A stretch of 64,000 nucleotides of DNA from the human T2T-CHM13v2.0 reference genome, Homo sapiens. The stretch lies in assembly GCF_009914755.1 (NCBI RefSeq), contig NC_060925.1; one strand, written 5' to 3'. Shown piece after piece: positions 53,121 through 64,000 of the stretch. How positions within the stretch are numbered: the stretch's first letter is position 1; every line of letters begins with the position of its first letter. The position numbers were made by a program, and so were the translations under genes. Under the pieces are notes generated by a model. It saw only the letters and a list, made by a program, of their open reading frames with translations, was not told where the DNA came from and did not search any database.

Positions 53121-56100
53121 AAAGCAACATGAAAGTCAAAGTCCGAATCTGGAAAAACCTCTGTCAACAATTTTTACTGTTTTCCAATCCTATCTCAAAA
53201 CTCACTCTTTCCAGAAGACTTTTCCAGTTGCTTCTCTTCTCTGCATCCCCTCATCCCCCCGGCAATGGGCTAGCACTTCTCTCAAGCATTCTATTACAGA
53301 ATGACTTATTTTCCACATGCCACCACTAAGCTGTCTGCTTCCCTCTTCCCCTTCCTCATGCCCTCTCACACACATACCAAAAGGGGCCACTTCAGACCAC
53401 ACATGCCCAGGGGAATCCTGGTTCAGAAGCCTGTGAAGAGAAGAGAGCTTTAAAAAGACAAGATGGAAACCGCATTTTGGGGAAAATCAATGATTCTGTG
53501 GATCTAGACAGAGTCTGGGGGAACCAAGGCTTATACACAAGGAAGTTGGGGGGCCAAGAAGTAAAGGTTTGAGATAAAAGAGGGTATTTCACCACACAAA
53601 CCTTTCTCCTCACCTACTATGCAGCCAACACTGTGTATACAAAGAAAGATAAGGTCCCTTCCAGCAGCCTACCAGGGAGACAACCAAGATCTGGAGAAAT
53701 TCAAGAGAGCGTTCTCAAGGGTACAGAGGACACAGGACAGCTGGAAGGTGTACATGGTAAGAATGGGAGTGGGCCACGGAGACCAGCCATTAAAGCTAGT
53801 AGTCATGGAGTCCATGGCGTGACATGGGGGTCCAGGTCTGTGCATGATGACACTGCCATATGGAGAGTCAGCAGCCAAAATTGAGAGTTTGTAGAAAGAG
53901 GAAGTATAAATTAAGAGAAAAAACACAAGAACAAGATTAAAATACTCAACAACATTTGAAATACTACAACTTACCAGCTGTATTTGGATGATGGAATTAT
54001 AGGTGACTTTTTTTTTTTTGGCTTTGCTTTTCAAATTTGTAGCAAATTTTTTTTTCTTTTTTTGGTTTTAATTTTTGTAGCAGAATGATTTACTAAGGAT
54101 AAGGGGCCAGCTCCACCACCAGGGGATTCCCTGCTGCAGGCACACATGCACACCTGTAGACATATGAACACACGTCACACAAATTAATCCTTCCTCTGCG
54201 ATCTGAAGTGGCGTACACTAATTGCAGGAGGATCTAAAGCAACGCAGCCTGCCCACATGCCTTTCTTAATCCTGTGCAATTATACGCACCCTGGGTGATG
54301 ACACTCGCAGAGGTTATTCTTAAGGCAAGATTACTTTCCTCACCCTGCCCTCCTGCTGCACCCTCCCTTTTCCTGCATACTCAGCTCAGGTGGGAAATGC
54401 TCTCTGGGAGAAAAATTCCCAAAATTCCATTGATTTGAGCCTAAGGCTGGCATACAGGGAGGTATGACATTTTTATGCTCTTTTCCCATTGGCCTGTGAT
54501 CCTTGTCAACCCACCTAGCTTCTTCCCTGTCACTGCCTCTGACCATCCTCATCTCTCCTTCCTCTCTATCCAGAGAAGAGCCATGGGAAGGAGGCATAAA
54601 AAATATCTACTAAGATGGGAGTGGATTACATTAACTTCATAGATGGAGAAACTGAGATCTGAGGGACAAGACCTTGCCCAAGCTCACAAGGTGTTGGTGG
54701 CCGGGCAGGTTTAGAGCATTGCCCCGCTGACAAGACCCCAAGACCTCAGCAGAGGAAAGACCTTGATCCCTACCCTTCAGAACAGACCAGAAGCTAACAA
54801 ACTTCCTAGCTCCCAGCAGTTTGCCATAGCAAATTTATTTAAGATACTTTCATAGAAAACAAAATCAGATTATATTTTCCCTCCTCTATGAGATTAAATT
54901 CTCATCATCTCTTTGACTGATCAACATATTTACAAATATTTACTCTGAGGTCCAGCCCTGAGTTACATGGGGATATGGAGAGTTAGGGAGATCCATATTG
55001 CCAGGGATACTCTTAGCCCAGAAGAGAAGGCCCAAGGAATCTGTGCCAGATGTAAATCATGGTTCCACAGTCCCACCTCTTGGGATTCTCTGAGCACATG
55101 GATGGAACCAGACAAAGAGGTCACTGGAGACCCACCCACCAAGCCATGATGTCACTTTTTTAAGCATTAGGAAAGTTTGCCCCAAGTCATCCACCTGATT
55201 TCAACAGGTTCAGCTATTGAAATAAGGAGTATAATTTGAAGAATGAGCAAAAATTAAGGATAACCAGCAAGTCTGAGGAACAGGATTACTGGTCAAGACA
55301 GAGATTGAATCCAGATTGTGGTCTTCAGTTGTAAATCCTATTAACAGTCTGGGTAAGACAGAGGTCACACTCAAAGCCCACTGCAGCTGCAGGGAATTCC
55401 TGAAAGTAGTGCTTAAGAATCAAAATTGGATTTAAAACCAAAAGGGAAGGAGCATTTGCCTTGCTTTGCTTCTCAATGGTGCCCAGCGAAGAAGTGCATT
55501 GGTGCAGGTTATCTGAGATAGCACACGGCTGAAAAGCATGAGTGAAAGCTTTTAGGCCAAGCAACCTAAAAGGCTACAGGTTTGAAATGCTTATGCTTTT
55601 TTCTTTCTGCCATATTGATTTCCAGGTTGTCTGACTTAGAATCAGTTAAAACAACATGGATAATTCAACCAACAGATATCAGTGGATCCAGCATTCTTAG
55701 ACCACCAACTACCATTACGCACCACAGTCCTGAGGGGCCTCAGGTGACATTCCCTTTCTCAGAGCAAGACTGGAGCACTCACTGCTCCTCCCTGCTCATA
55801 AAGTTTACATATGAGCTAGGATGCAGGCCCTAAGCCTTCAGGCTACCTAGCAGCTGCCCACCAGTGAAAACTCTGCCTCCTGATATCAGCAATTTACTTT
55901 CAGGCCCAGAGGCTAGTGTGCCCTGGCCCAACAGCCTACTGGAGCTTAGCAGGCACAGCTACAAAACATTTTTACTTTCATTTTAACTACTCCCTCCTCT
56001 CACTGCCAGCACCTAGAGGTATTCTTGTTAAAAGAAAGCAAAAAACCACAACTCGAATCTACTGTGGCAGGGGTACTGAGCTGGGCATCCAGAAACCCAG

Positions 56101-57806
56101 CTTCTAGTCTTGGCCCTGCTGTGTAGCCTTGGAACATGGTTTAGCCTCTCAGGGCCTTGGGTTCTTTACCTATCTCTACAAAGGAGAGAGAAGTTTGGAA
56201 GATCTCTGTGTGTCCTTCCAGCTGTCATACTCTGTCAATGCATAAATTTGTCCCTGAGTAGCTGGGAGCATTCATGAAAGCATCCTCTGCTCCCTGCCTC
56301 CCAGAGGACACAAACCAGCCTGGCTGGGGAGTCATTCCTTCATTTGGTTCCTATTGATCCAAAGAGGAGAGGTACGCGGTGCTTGAAAAGAACACACAGT
56401 TTAGAATCAAACGAACTGAGAATCCTGGCTTTTCTACTTAAAGGCTGTGAGAATTTGGGCAAATCCATTAACCACTCTAAGCTGCTTCCTCATCCTGAAC
56501 TGAAGATAACATTACTGGGCACACAAAACTGTTAGGAGGATTGAACCTATGTGACAGTGGTCCATAAACTGAAGAGTCTGTCCACAGGGGAAGTGTCCAA
56601 GCCCAGGCAAGCATGATCCCTGGATGCACTGCTAACCCTGTGTGCATCTATAAGCTGTTTGAAAAGGTCTGAACAACTCATCTGTGGTCCCCACCCTCAG
56701 CAAAATGATGGGCTCCAGGAGCACCCAAAAGAGGACCAAGTAAGAGTCAACACTGCCTGATAACACCCCAGGGGGCTATAAATGCTCTTTAAATCCTAAG
56801 ATGCAGAGTTAAGAACTAATAGGGAGCCTTCCTTCAAGGACAATTATAACTTGAAAAAAGAAACAAGTCAAAGCGATGCGTCATTAGCAGACCGTAACTA
56901 GTACAATTGTTCCTTAAGGCCTTGGAAAGGGAAAGTGGTGAGGGAGATGGAACCAGTGGGTGTGATGAATCCAGGGAAGCTTCCTGGAGAGGGAACACCA
57001 GTAGCCACGAACCACTGCAGAGCTCTCCTTCTCCTACCCACCTCTAAGCAGTTCTCCCCATGTAACACCGAGGATCAGCCACCCCTTCAAACTGTTGGCC
57101 CAGAAGGGCAGTAGAAAGGAGGAAAATGGCAGCCCAGGAGGTACCTGGAGTTCTGTGACACTTCCTGGGCCAGGACTGTGAGAGAAAACTGTTCCCATTC
57201 CAAGTCAACAGTGCAAAGGGCTTCCAAGCACTACTCCTGTCCTGCCAAAGCTCCCAAGCCCCTGTCCTGTGTTCATTTTATTCTTTACAGCCACCTGCTG
57301 CCCCTTTAACCTGTTAGATAAGTAGTCAGCACTCAGTCATGAGAACCCATGTGTGTAGCTCTGGATACTTCAAGGTTGTGATGAGCATGCTTCCATCCAA
57401 CTGGGGCTCACCAAGCTCAAGAAATGAAATCTCAGACTGGGGCCCAGGAGCCAGGTGCCTCTACTCAGAGAAGCAGCCTTCTCAGAGTAGTTTGCAGCTG
57501 CTCTTTCCTAAATCCCCCCAACATAGCTTGTTAAGATGGCCAAGCTGTGCATCACAATGCGGGAGGCCCTCACACTGTCTCCTCTACCTGCTTCTCTCTT
57601 GCTCTGAAGATGCCTGTAGCAGGAAGATGTGAGCTTCCCACAAAGATAAGCTAAGCTGAGATGCAGAAAGAACAAATCTCCAACTTTTTTGTGATTTATG
57701 AATCAGAAGCTGGGTTGTCTCCAAAGGATGCATCTGTGATTGTGGATAAGCCCCAATGTGTCCTTAACACCCTAGACTGCCACATCTTTCTGAAGAATCA
57801 CCACCC

Positions 57807-57808
<2 letters not shown>

Positions 57809-57852
<44 letters not shown>
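57809..57852. repeat. (CA)22 microsatellite
   Basis: Uninterrupted CA run. Confidence 0.95.
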
Positions 57853-57855
<3 letters not shown>

Positions 57856-58545
57856 CCTATACGGGGCCTTCCCATCAGATAGATATTGTGAGGGTGGTCA
57901 GGGAAGCAGGCTAAAATTCCACTAGCCCAGTGTTAGCCCAGTGTCACTTCTATAGCTGGCCTTGGATTCCCTGCACAAGGCTTGTTCATTCTGCACAGTG
58001 GCTAGGTTTAATCTGTAGTTCCATGCTGAAACCCTCCACTCCTCATCATCTGACAAGATCATCTCTCAACCGCAGTCAGTCAATAGGTCTCAAGAGTTCC
58101 TTCAATTCCACTGGGATTTACTGAGCACCTATTAATGCCCAGCACCATGCCAGGCACTGTGTAGCATCTGCTTTAAGGACCATCCCCTCTAAGGATACAA
58201 GTATAGGCAAGAACCATGTCCTAATCTGTCAAACTGCAGAAGTCAAATGTGCTATCAAGCACACCTTGCAGGGTTAGGTGTCTAAAGGCTATAAACCTTA
58301 AAAATCTGAACTGCCAAGTCTTACAAAACCCCAAATACCTATGTGTCATTCTACAATTCTACAAAGTCCCATTATTTCCTCACAGATATGATAAAAGGTG
58401 ATAATCAGTTGCTGCCCACACAGATATCCCATTAGGACTACTGCTTCTGCTCCAGAAAGATGAAATGAGAAACCAGGTTCATATATTCGTATATCAGGCA
58501 AGGTTAACTCAGGGCTGAAAGCCACAAGATCTGGTACTCAGTATC

Positions 58546-58598
58546 ATGTCACATCAACCTCTTCTGCATGTTAACGAAATATTTATACTAGTTACAAG

Positions 58599-58634
<36 letters not shown>

Positions 58635-58729
58635 ACAGATATATCTCTATATATATGTAACTCTATATATATATAACTTGTAACTAGTACACATATTTAG
58701 TTAACATGCAGAAGAGGCTGATGTGACAT
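58546..58729. repeat. AT-rich inverted repeat (fold-back) around a (TA)n core
   Basis: Left arm atgtcacatcaacctcttctgcatgttaacgaaatatttatactagttacaagttatata pairs with right arm tatataacttgtaactagtacacatatttagttaacatgcagaagaggctgatgtgacat (4 mismatches). Confidence 0.95.
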
Positions 58730-60228
58730 AGTTATATATACATATATGACTATATATAGTCACATATGTATATAAAACTATATATAGTCACATATGTATA
58801 TAAAACTATATATAGTCACATATGTATATAAAACTATATATAGTCACATATGTATATAAAACTATATATAGTCACATATGTATATAAAACTATATATAGT
58901 CACATATGTATATAAAACTATATATAGTCACATATGTATATAAAACTATATATAGTCACATATGTATATAAAACTATATATAGTCACATATGTATATAAA
59001 ACTATAGTCACATATGTATATAAAACTATATATAGTTATATGTATATAAAACTATATATAGTTATATGTATATAAAACTATAGTCATATATGTATATAAA
59101 ACTATATACAGTCATATATGTATATAAAACTATATACAGTCATATATGTATATAAAACTATATACAGTCATATATGTATATAAAACTATATACAGTCATA
59201 TATGTATATAAAACTACATACAGTCATATATGTATATAAAACTACATACAGTCATATATGTATATAAAACTACATACAGTCATATATGTATATAAAACTA
59301 TATACAGTCATATATGTATATAAAACTATATAGTCATATATGTATATAAAACTATATACAGTCATATATGTATATAAAACTATATACAGTCATATATGTA
59401 TATAAAACTATATACAGTCATATATGTATATAAAACTATATACAGTCATATATGTATATAAAACTATATACAGTCATATATGTATATAAAACTATATACA
59501 GTCATATATGTATATAAAACTATATACAGTCATATATGTATATAAAACTATATACAGTCATATATGTATATAAAACTATATACAGTCATATATGTATATA
59601 AAACTATATATAGTCATATATGTATATAAAACTATATAGTTATATATGTATATAAAACTATATAGTTATATATGTATATAAAACTATAGTTATATATGTA
59701 TATAAAACTAGTTATATATGTATATAAAACTATAGTTATATATGTATATAAAACTATAGTTATATATGTATGTAAAACTATAGTTATATATGTATGTAAA
59801 ACTATAGTTATATATGTAAAACTATAGTTATATATGTATGTAAAACTATAGTTATATATGTATGTAAAACTATATAGTTATATATGTATGTAAAACTATA
59901 TACAGTTATGTATGTATGTAAAACTATATACAGTTATGTATGTATGTAAAACTATATGCAGTTATGTATGTATGTAAAACTATATGCAGTTATGTATGTA
60001 TGTAAAACTATATGCAGTTATGTATGTATGTAAAACTATATGCAGTTATGTATGTATGTAAAACTATATACAGTTATGTATGTATGTAAAACTATATACA
60101 GTTATGTATGTATGTAAAACTATATACAGTTATATATGTATGTAAAACTATATACAGTTATATATGTATGTAAAACTATATATAGTTATATATGTATGTA
60201 AAAATATATATAGTTAAATATGTATATC
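58730..60228. repeat. AT-rich minisatellite, ~24-28-bp unit (ACTATATATAGTCACATATGTATATAAA and variants)
   Basis: Roughly 55 tandem units with block-wise variant changes along the array. Confidence 0.97.
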
Positions 60229-60517
60229 CTTTCTTATTAAATGCTATATAGGGTGGCAGAGGCAGGCATGGGGCACCATCCCCACCCGCGACTCTACCAA
60301 AAAGACCCATGCATAGCTTTGGAAAGCCTTCTGGCTCTTTGATGCTTAACATGGTGCCCAGTACATTTGTTTTGGCTGGATTAACAAATAAAGAATTAGC
60401 ATCTTAAAATTAATAGAAAAAAAACCCTATATTTCTTAGAAGAAAATGAACCCCCCAAAGCCAACATGGACAATTTGAAGATTAGTCATTTTGGGTCAAC
60501 TGTACTTTAGGTTCCCG

Positions 60518-60951
60518 TTTTGTTTATTTTTTGAGACAGGGTCTCACTCTGTCACCCAGGCTGGAGGGCAATGGTGCAATCTTGGCGCACTGCAGCCTTG
60601 ACCTCCCAGGCAGAAGCGATCCTCCCATCACAGCCTCCTGAGTAGCTGGGACTACGGGCACATGCCACCATGCCCAATTAATTTTGTTTATTTTTTTGTA
60701 GAGATGAGGTCTCACTATGTTACCCAGGCTGGTCTCAAACTCTTGGGCCCAAGCGATTCTCCCACCTCAGCCTCCAGAGTAGATGGCACTACAGGCGCAT
60801 GGCACCACACCTCGTTAATTTTTGTATTTTTTGTAGAGACAGGGTCTTGCCATGTTGTGCAGGCTGGTCTCAAACTCCTGGGCTCAAGCAATCCTCTCAC
60901 CTTGGCCTCCCAAAGTGCTAGAATTACAGGCATGAGCCACTGTGCCCGGCC
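60518..60951 (-). mobile_element. AluJ-type element with three monomers
   Basis: Right arm, a chimeric middle monomer, and a left arm ending gagccactgtgcccggcc; J-type gagacagggtctc / ctcctgggctcaagc. Confidence 0.85.
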
Positions 60952-62785
60952 TAGTTCCCAAATTTTAGAATTCCATGGAGAAGTAATATCTCCCTCAGAA
61001 AAAAGTGGTAATCATTACACCATAGCCAAATTTTCATTTTGACATGGCAGGACATAAAAGAAACAACTACAGCCTCATGTCACCACATCTTTTAAAGGAA
61101 GAGGTAGGAAGGCCATGATTTCAGAATTGAAGACTTTCTTTCCCAAGAATACCCTGCTGACGTCCTTTTACTTACACTTTTGCTAAGGACTGGTGAACAC
61201 ATAGCAATGGGCCAACAAGGGACCACATATCAGTACTGGGAACCGTCGTCCACACGTGCTCCTCTTTCCAATGTGGCCCAGCTAAATAAAACTGTTCTTT
61301 CTTATACCCACAGCAATCACTAATCGCGGCCTGTTTCCCTCCAAATTCTCCACACTGCCTCAACTTCAAGCAGAGAAACTTGCCTTCTCCAACAGATCCT
61401 GTCTTCTCCCTACTGGGTCTCCTCTAAGGAGGAGAGCACCTGAGTTCCTCTTGGGTTCACCTGGGTTTATGCTGTCCAAACTGAAACTAGTGCCACAAGT
61501 TTCTGATGGCCACAGTCTAATCAGGATCATCTGGATCATTAAAAGTGCACTATAATTAAGAATTTATTATTGGAGCTGTCATTTCAAAACATAACTGGGC
61601 AGAACAAAGTTTGACTGTGGTATCTTAAACAATACCAATTGACTTCCGGTTATGAAAGAAGCAGCATCCTGTTCTGCATGCGCAGAGGTGATGCTACTGG
61701 TCCAGAGTCAACAAGAAAGTTTTGAGTTATTCTCCTAGGAGAAGAATTGGACTTGCCCAATCCCTCCATGGACTCCTTTCTGGCCTTGGTATCCAAGGGA
61801 AGGCCAGGTTGGAAGTAAGGATGTGCTGTTATATGAGAAAACAACAAAAAAGACAGCATCACCTTCTACACTTAACATAACTATTCTCCCTTCACATGCC
61901 TGTGAAATAGGTACTACTATTTTTATTTGATAGACAAGGTAACTGAGGGTCAAAAAGCTTGATCATTCCACAGTCAATAAGTACTTACTGAGTGCCTCCC
62001 ATGTGCAGGTACTGCACTAAGAGCTATGACTCTGCCCAAGGTGACACAGCTGGCAAGTAGCAAAGGGAGCACCCAATCTGTCACCTAATCTCAAGTCTAT
62101 CCCATTCAATGACTGCCCCTCAGGCTAAGGTCAGTGTTTTGCCACACAACACCACAGGACAACAGAGCCAAAGAGCCTTTGTGGGATCACATGGTCCATC
62201 TCTTTAGTTTGCTCTGCTGCAAGGAAAGTCAGTATTGATTACCCTTCTCAGACTGTCTCAAATGCCTGCTGTCTCTGGGGATGAATCAAAGTAGCTTCCC
62301 ACGTCACATTAGTTACAGCACTGTCTATGGTGTGCAGTCCAGAGCTGGGTGCTGGGGACTCATGCCTCCAGTGGGCAGGACAGAAACACCCCAGCAAAAC
62401 ACACATGAAATCCTGGGAGATAAACTTTTGCAAAGGAGTAACGGGTTCTAAAGTTTTGAGGATTTTTAGAGTAGCAGGACCAGAAGTCAAACAGTAGGAT
62501 TTAGAAGGTCCTACTCCTTGGATAAAGCACTGAGATCTTCAGTTTGACTCTCTTAGGGCACCTCAAGACTCTGGGACCTATTCCTCAAGCACAGCCCTGT
62601 GGTCACCTGGTATGCGTCCTGTGCCAGAGGTTTTGGAAACAATGTCTGCCATCCACTCTGACTGGGTGACCCCACTGATGAGCCTGCCACACTGTTGCAT
62701 CAGAGAAGGGGCCAGTCACACACCAGGCTGCCCATCTCAAGAATGCCAAAACCTTCATGAATGGGCCATCCTGTGCCTGCAATCA

Positions 62786-62880
62786 CAGGGAGGTGGGGCC
62801 GACAGCCACGGGTCACGTAACTGAGGCCAAACACAAGAAGCTGGCCTGGATCAATGAGTCAGGGAGAGCTCTATATATAA
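62786..62880 (+). promoter_or_regulatory. LORICRIN: Loricrin proximal promoter (GC/Sp-KLF box, CRE-like, AP-1, TATA)
   Basis: gggaggtggggc ~62788-62799, ggtcacgtaa 62811-62820, TGAGTCA 62855-62861, TATATATAA 62872-62880. Confidence 0.85.
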
Positions 62881-62901
62881 CCTCAGGAGATCAGTGCTCC
62901 T

Positions 62902-62949
62902 CACATTGCCAGCATCTTCTCTCCTCACTCACCCTTCCTGGTGCTTTGG
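62902..62949 (+). other. LORICRIN: Loricrin non-coding exon 1; intron 1 runs from 62950 past the window end
   Basis: cacattgccagcatcttctctcctcactcacccttcctggtgctttgg|GTAAGT matches the recalled LOR 5'UTR; position after LELP1-PRR9 fits EDC gene order; no loricrin CDS within the window. Confidence 0.85.
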
Positions 62950-64000
62950 GTAAGTGTGGTTCTACTGACTCTCTCATTTTCCCAGCTGGTCTTGCCCAGG
63001 CCTGACTAGATTAGATGGACCAGGGCCTCTTTCCCCTTTGGGAGCTATAGGACCTCTGCCTTCCCAAAAGCACTCACATTTAGAGGGCGGTCAGGAAAGG
63101 AGCAGGGGATGAGCTGCTGCCATGCAGATGGTGTTTCTGGTCTTCTGGCCAGAATGTAAACTCCACAAAGACAAGACTATCTCCTGCCTCTCTGGCACCC
63201 GCATAGGGGCAGGCATGGTGCCGGGCACAGAAGGACTCTGCAGAGGCTGTCCAAGGCAGCCTGTGCACAGGCTGAGCAGACCTTGTGAACCTGTCAGGAG
63301 GAGAGGCTGAGCCACTCTCAAGAGAGTAGGGAGAATGATCCAAAAAAGTTGCAGATGGGAGGGATTTCAGGTGCCACAGAAATCCAATTGCTGTTTTACA
63401 GAGTTAGAAGTTCTGAGAGGGAAATACAACTTCCTACTAGTCAAAGTCCCTTCTACCAAACTTGGACTTGAGAAAATCATGGAAGAGATGGCTAATAGCT
63501 TCTGGTCGGGGATGTTGGTCCAAAGGACCACCAGGGTCCTTCCCCTGTTTCCAGGCAGGGCCACAGCAGAGCCTGTCTTTTCTAGTGACTAGCCCTTGGT
63601 TCATGGCCTAGCTCAGTGGGACAGACCAAGAGTTTGAACTAAGAGCTTCTGCAGAGGATGGAGTGCAACAGCCCTCAATAGAATGAAGTCCGACAAACCT
63701 CTCTCTGTTGTGCTGGGAATGGGTAAAATCTCCTATCCTAGGTAGAGGTTTGTGGTAGTTTTCTATTTGCACTCAGAGAATCAGTGTTGAGATTGGAAGA
63801 GGCCTGAAAGATGAAGTGTTCAAACCCTTTCATTTAACAGGAAATGAGAAAGAGGCGGGCGTGTGGGTGATCTGCCCTCAAATCACACAACAGTGGTCAG
63901 AGGCAGAGCTGGGAGAAAGAATGGGCACTGCTAACTGGGCTGTTTAAAGCATAATGAAGGCTTTCTGCAGGGGAATGAGGAACTCAACTTTTCCAAAAGC

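Noticed and set aside
52470-53121. Cys/His/Thr-rich ORFs resembling keratin-associated proteins
   Set aside because: Direct translation of CA/TG low-complexity sequence.
58730-60228. Regular ~28-bp repeats as a CRISPR-like array
   Set aside because: Head-to-tail tandem units without unique spacers, in a eukaryotic context; it is a minisatellite.

Overview
Mammalian (human-type: Alu/L1PA-rich) genomic DNA that I recognise as part of the epidermal differentiation complex (EDC, human 1q21.3). Gene order on the + strand is LELP1 (CDS 7250-7546), PRR9 (CDS 20688-21038), a processed RPLP0 pseudogene (27550-28621), and the promoter, non-coding exon 1 and start of intron 1 of loricrin (~62780-64000; its coding exon lies beyond the window). 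The rest is intergenic, dense in Alu, L1, L2, MIR, LTR and Tigger relics, plus a (GGT)-rich tract with a 94-bp VNTR and an AT-rich 28-bp minisatellite. Most ORFs in the supplied track are spurious (repeat-derived or antisense mirrors). The unexplained structure falls into three groups. (i) A series of short-range templated duplications: a 119-bp patch inside an AluY, a ~700-bp block carrying a CTCF-like motif, a 51-bp patch inside the GGT tract, a direct-plus-inverted mosaic, and a fold-back palindrome seeding the minisatellite. (ii) Two speculative relics of an unannotated minus-strand EDC-type gene: a Cys/Gly/Pro/Ser-rich 37-codon ORF behind an EDC-like acceptor, and an AP-1/TATA/exon-1 module resembling loricrin's. 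(iii) A TATA-less, spermatid-type LELP1 promoter. Repeat subfamily names and old-repeat boundaries are by eye and approximate.
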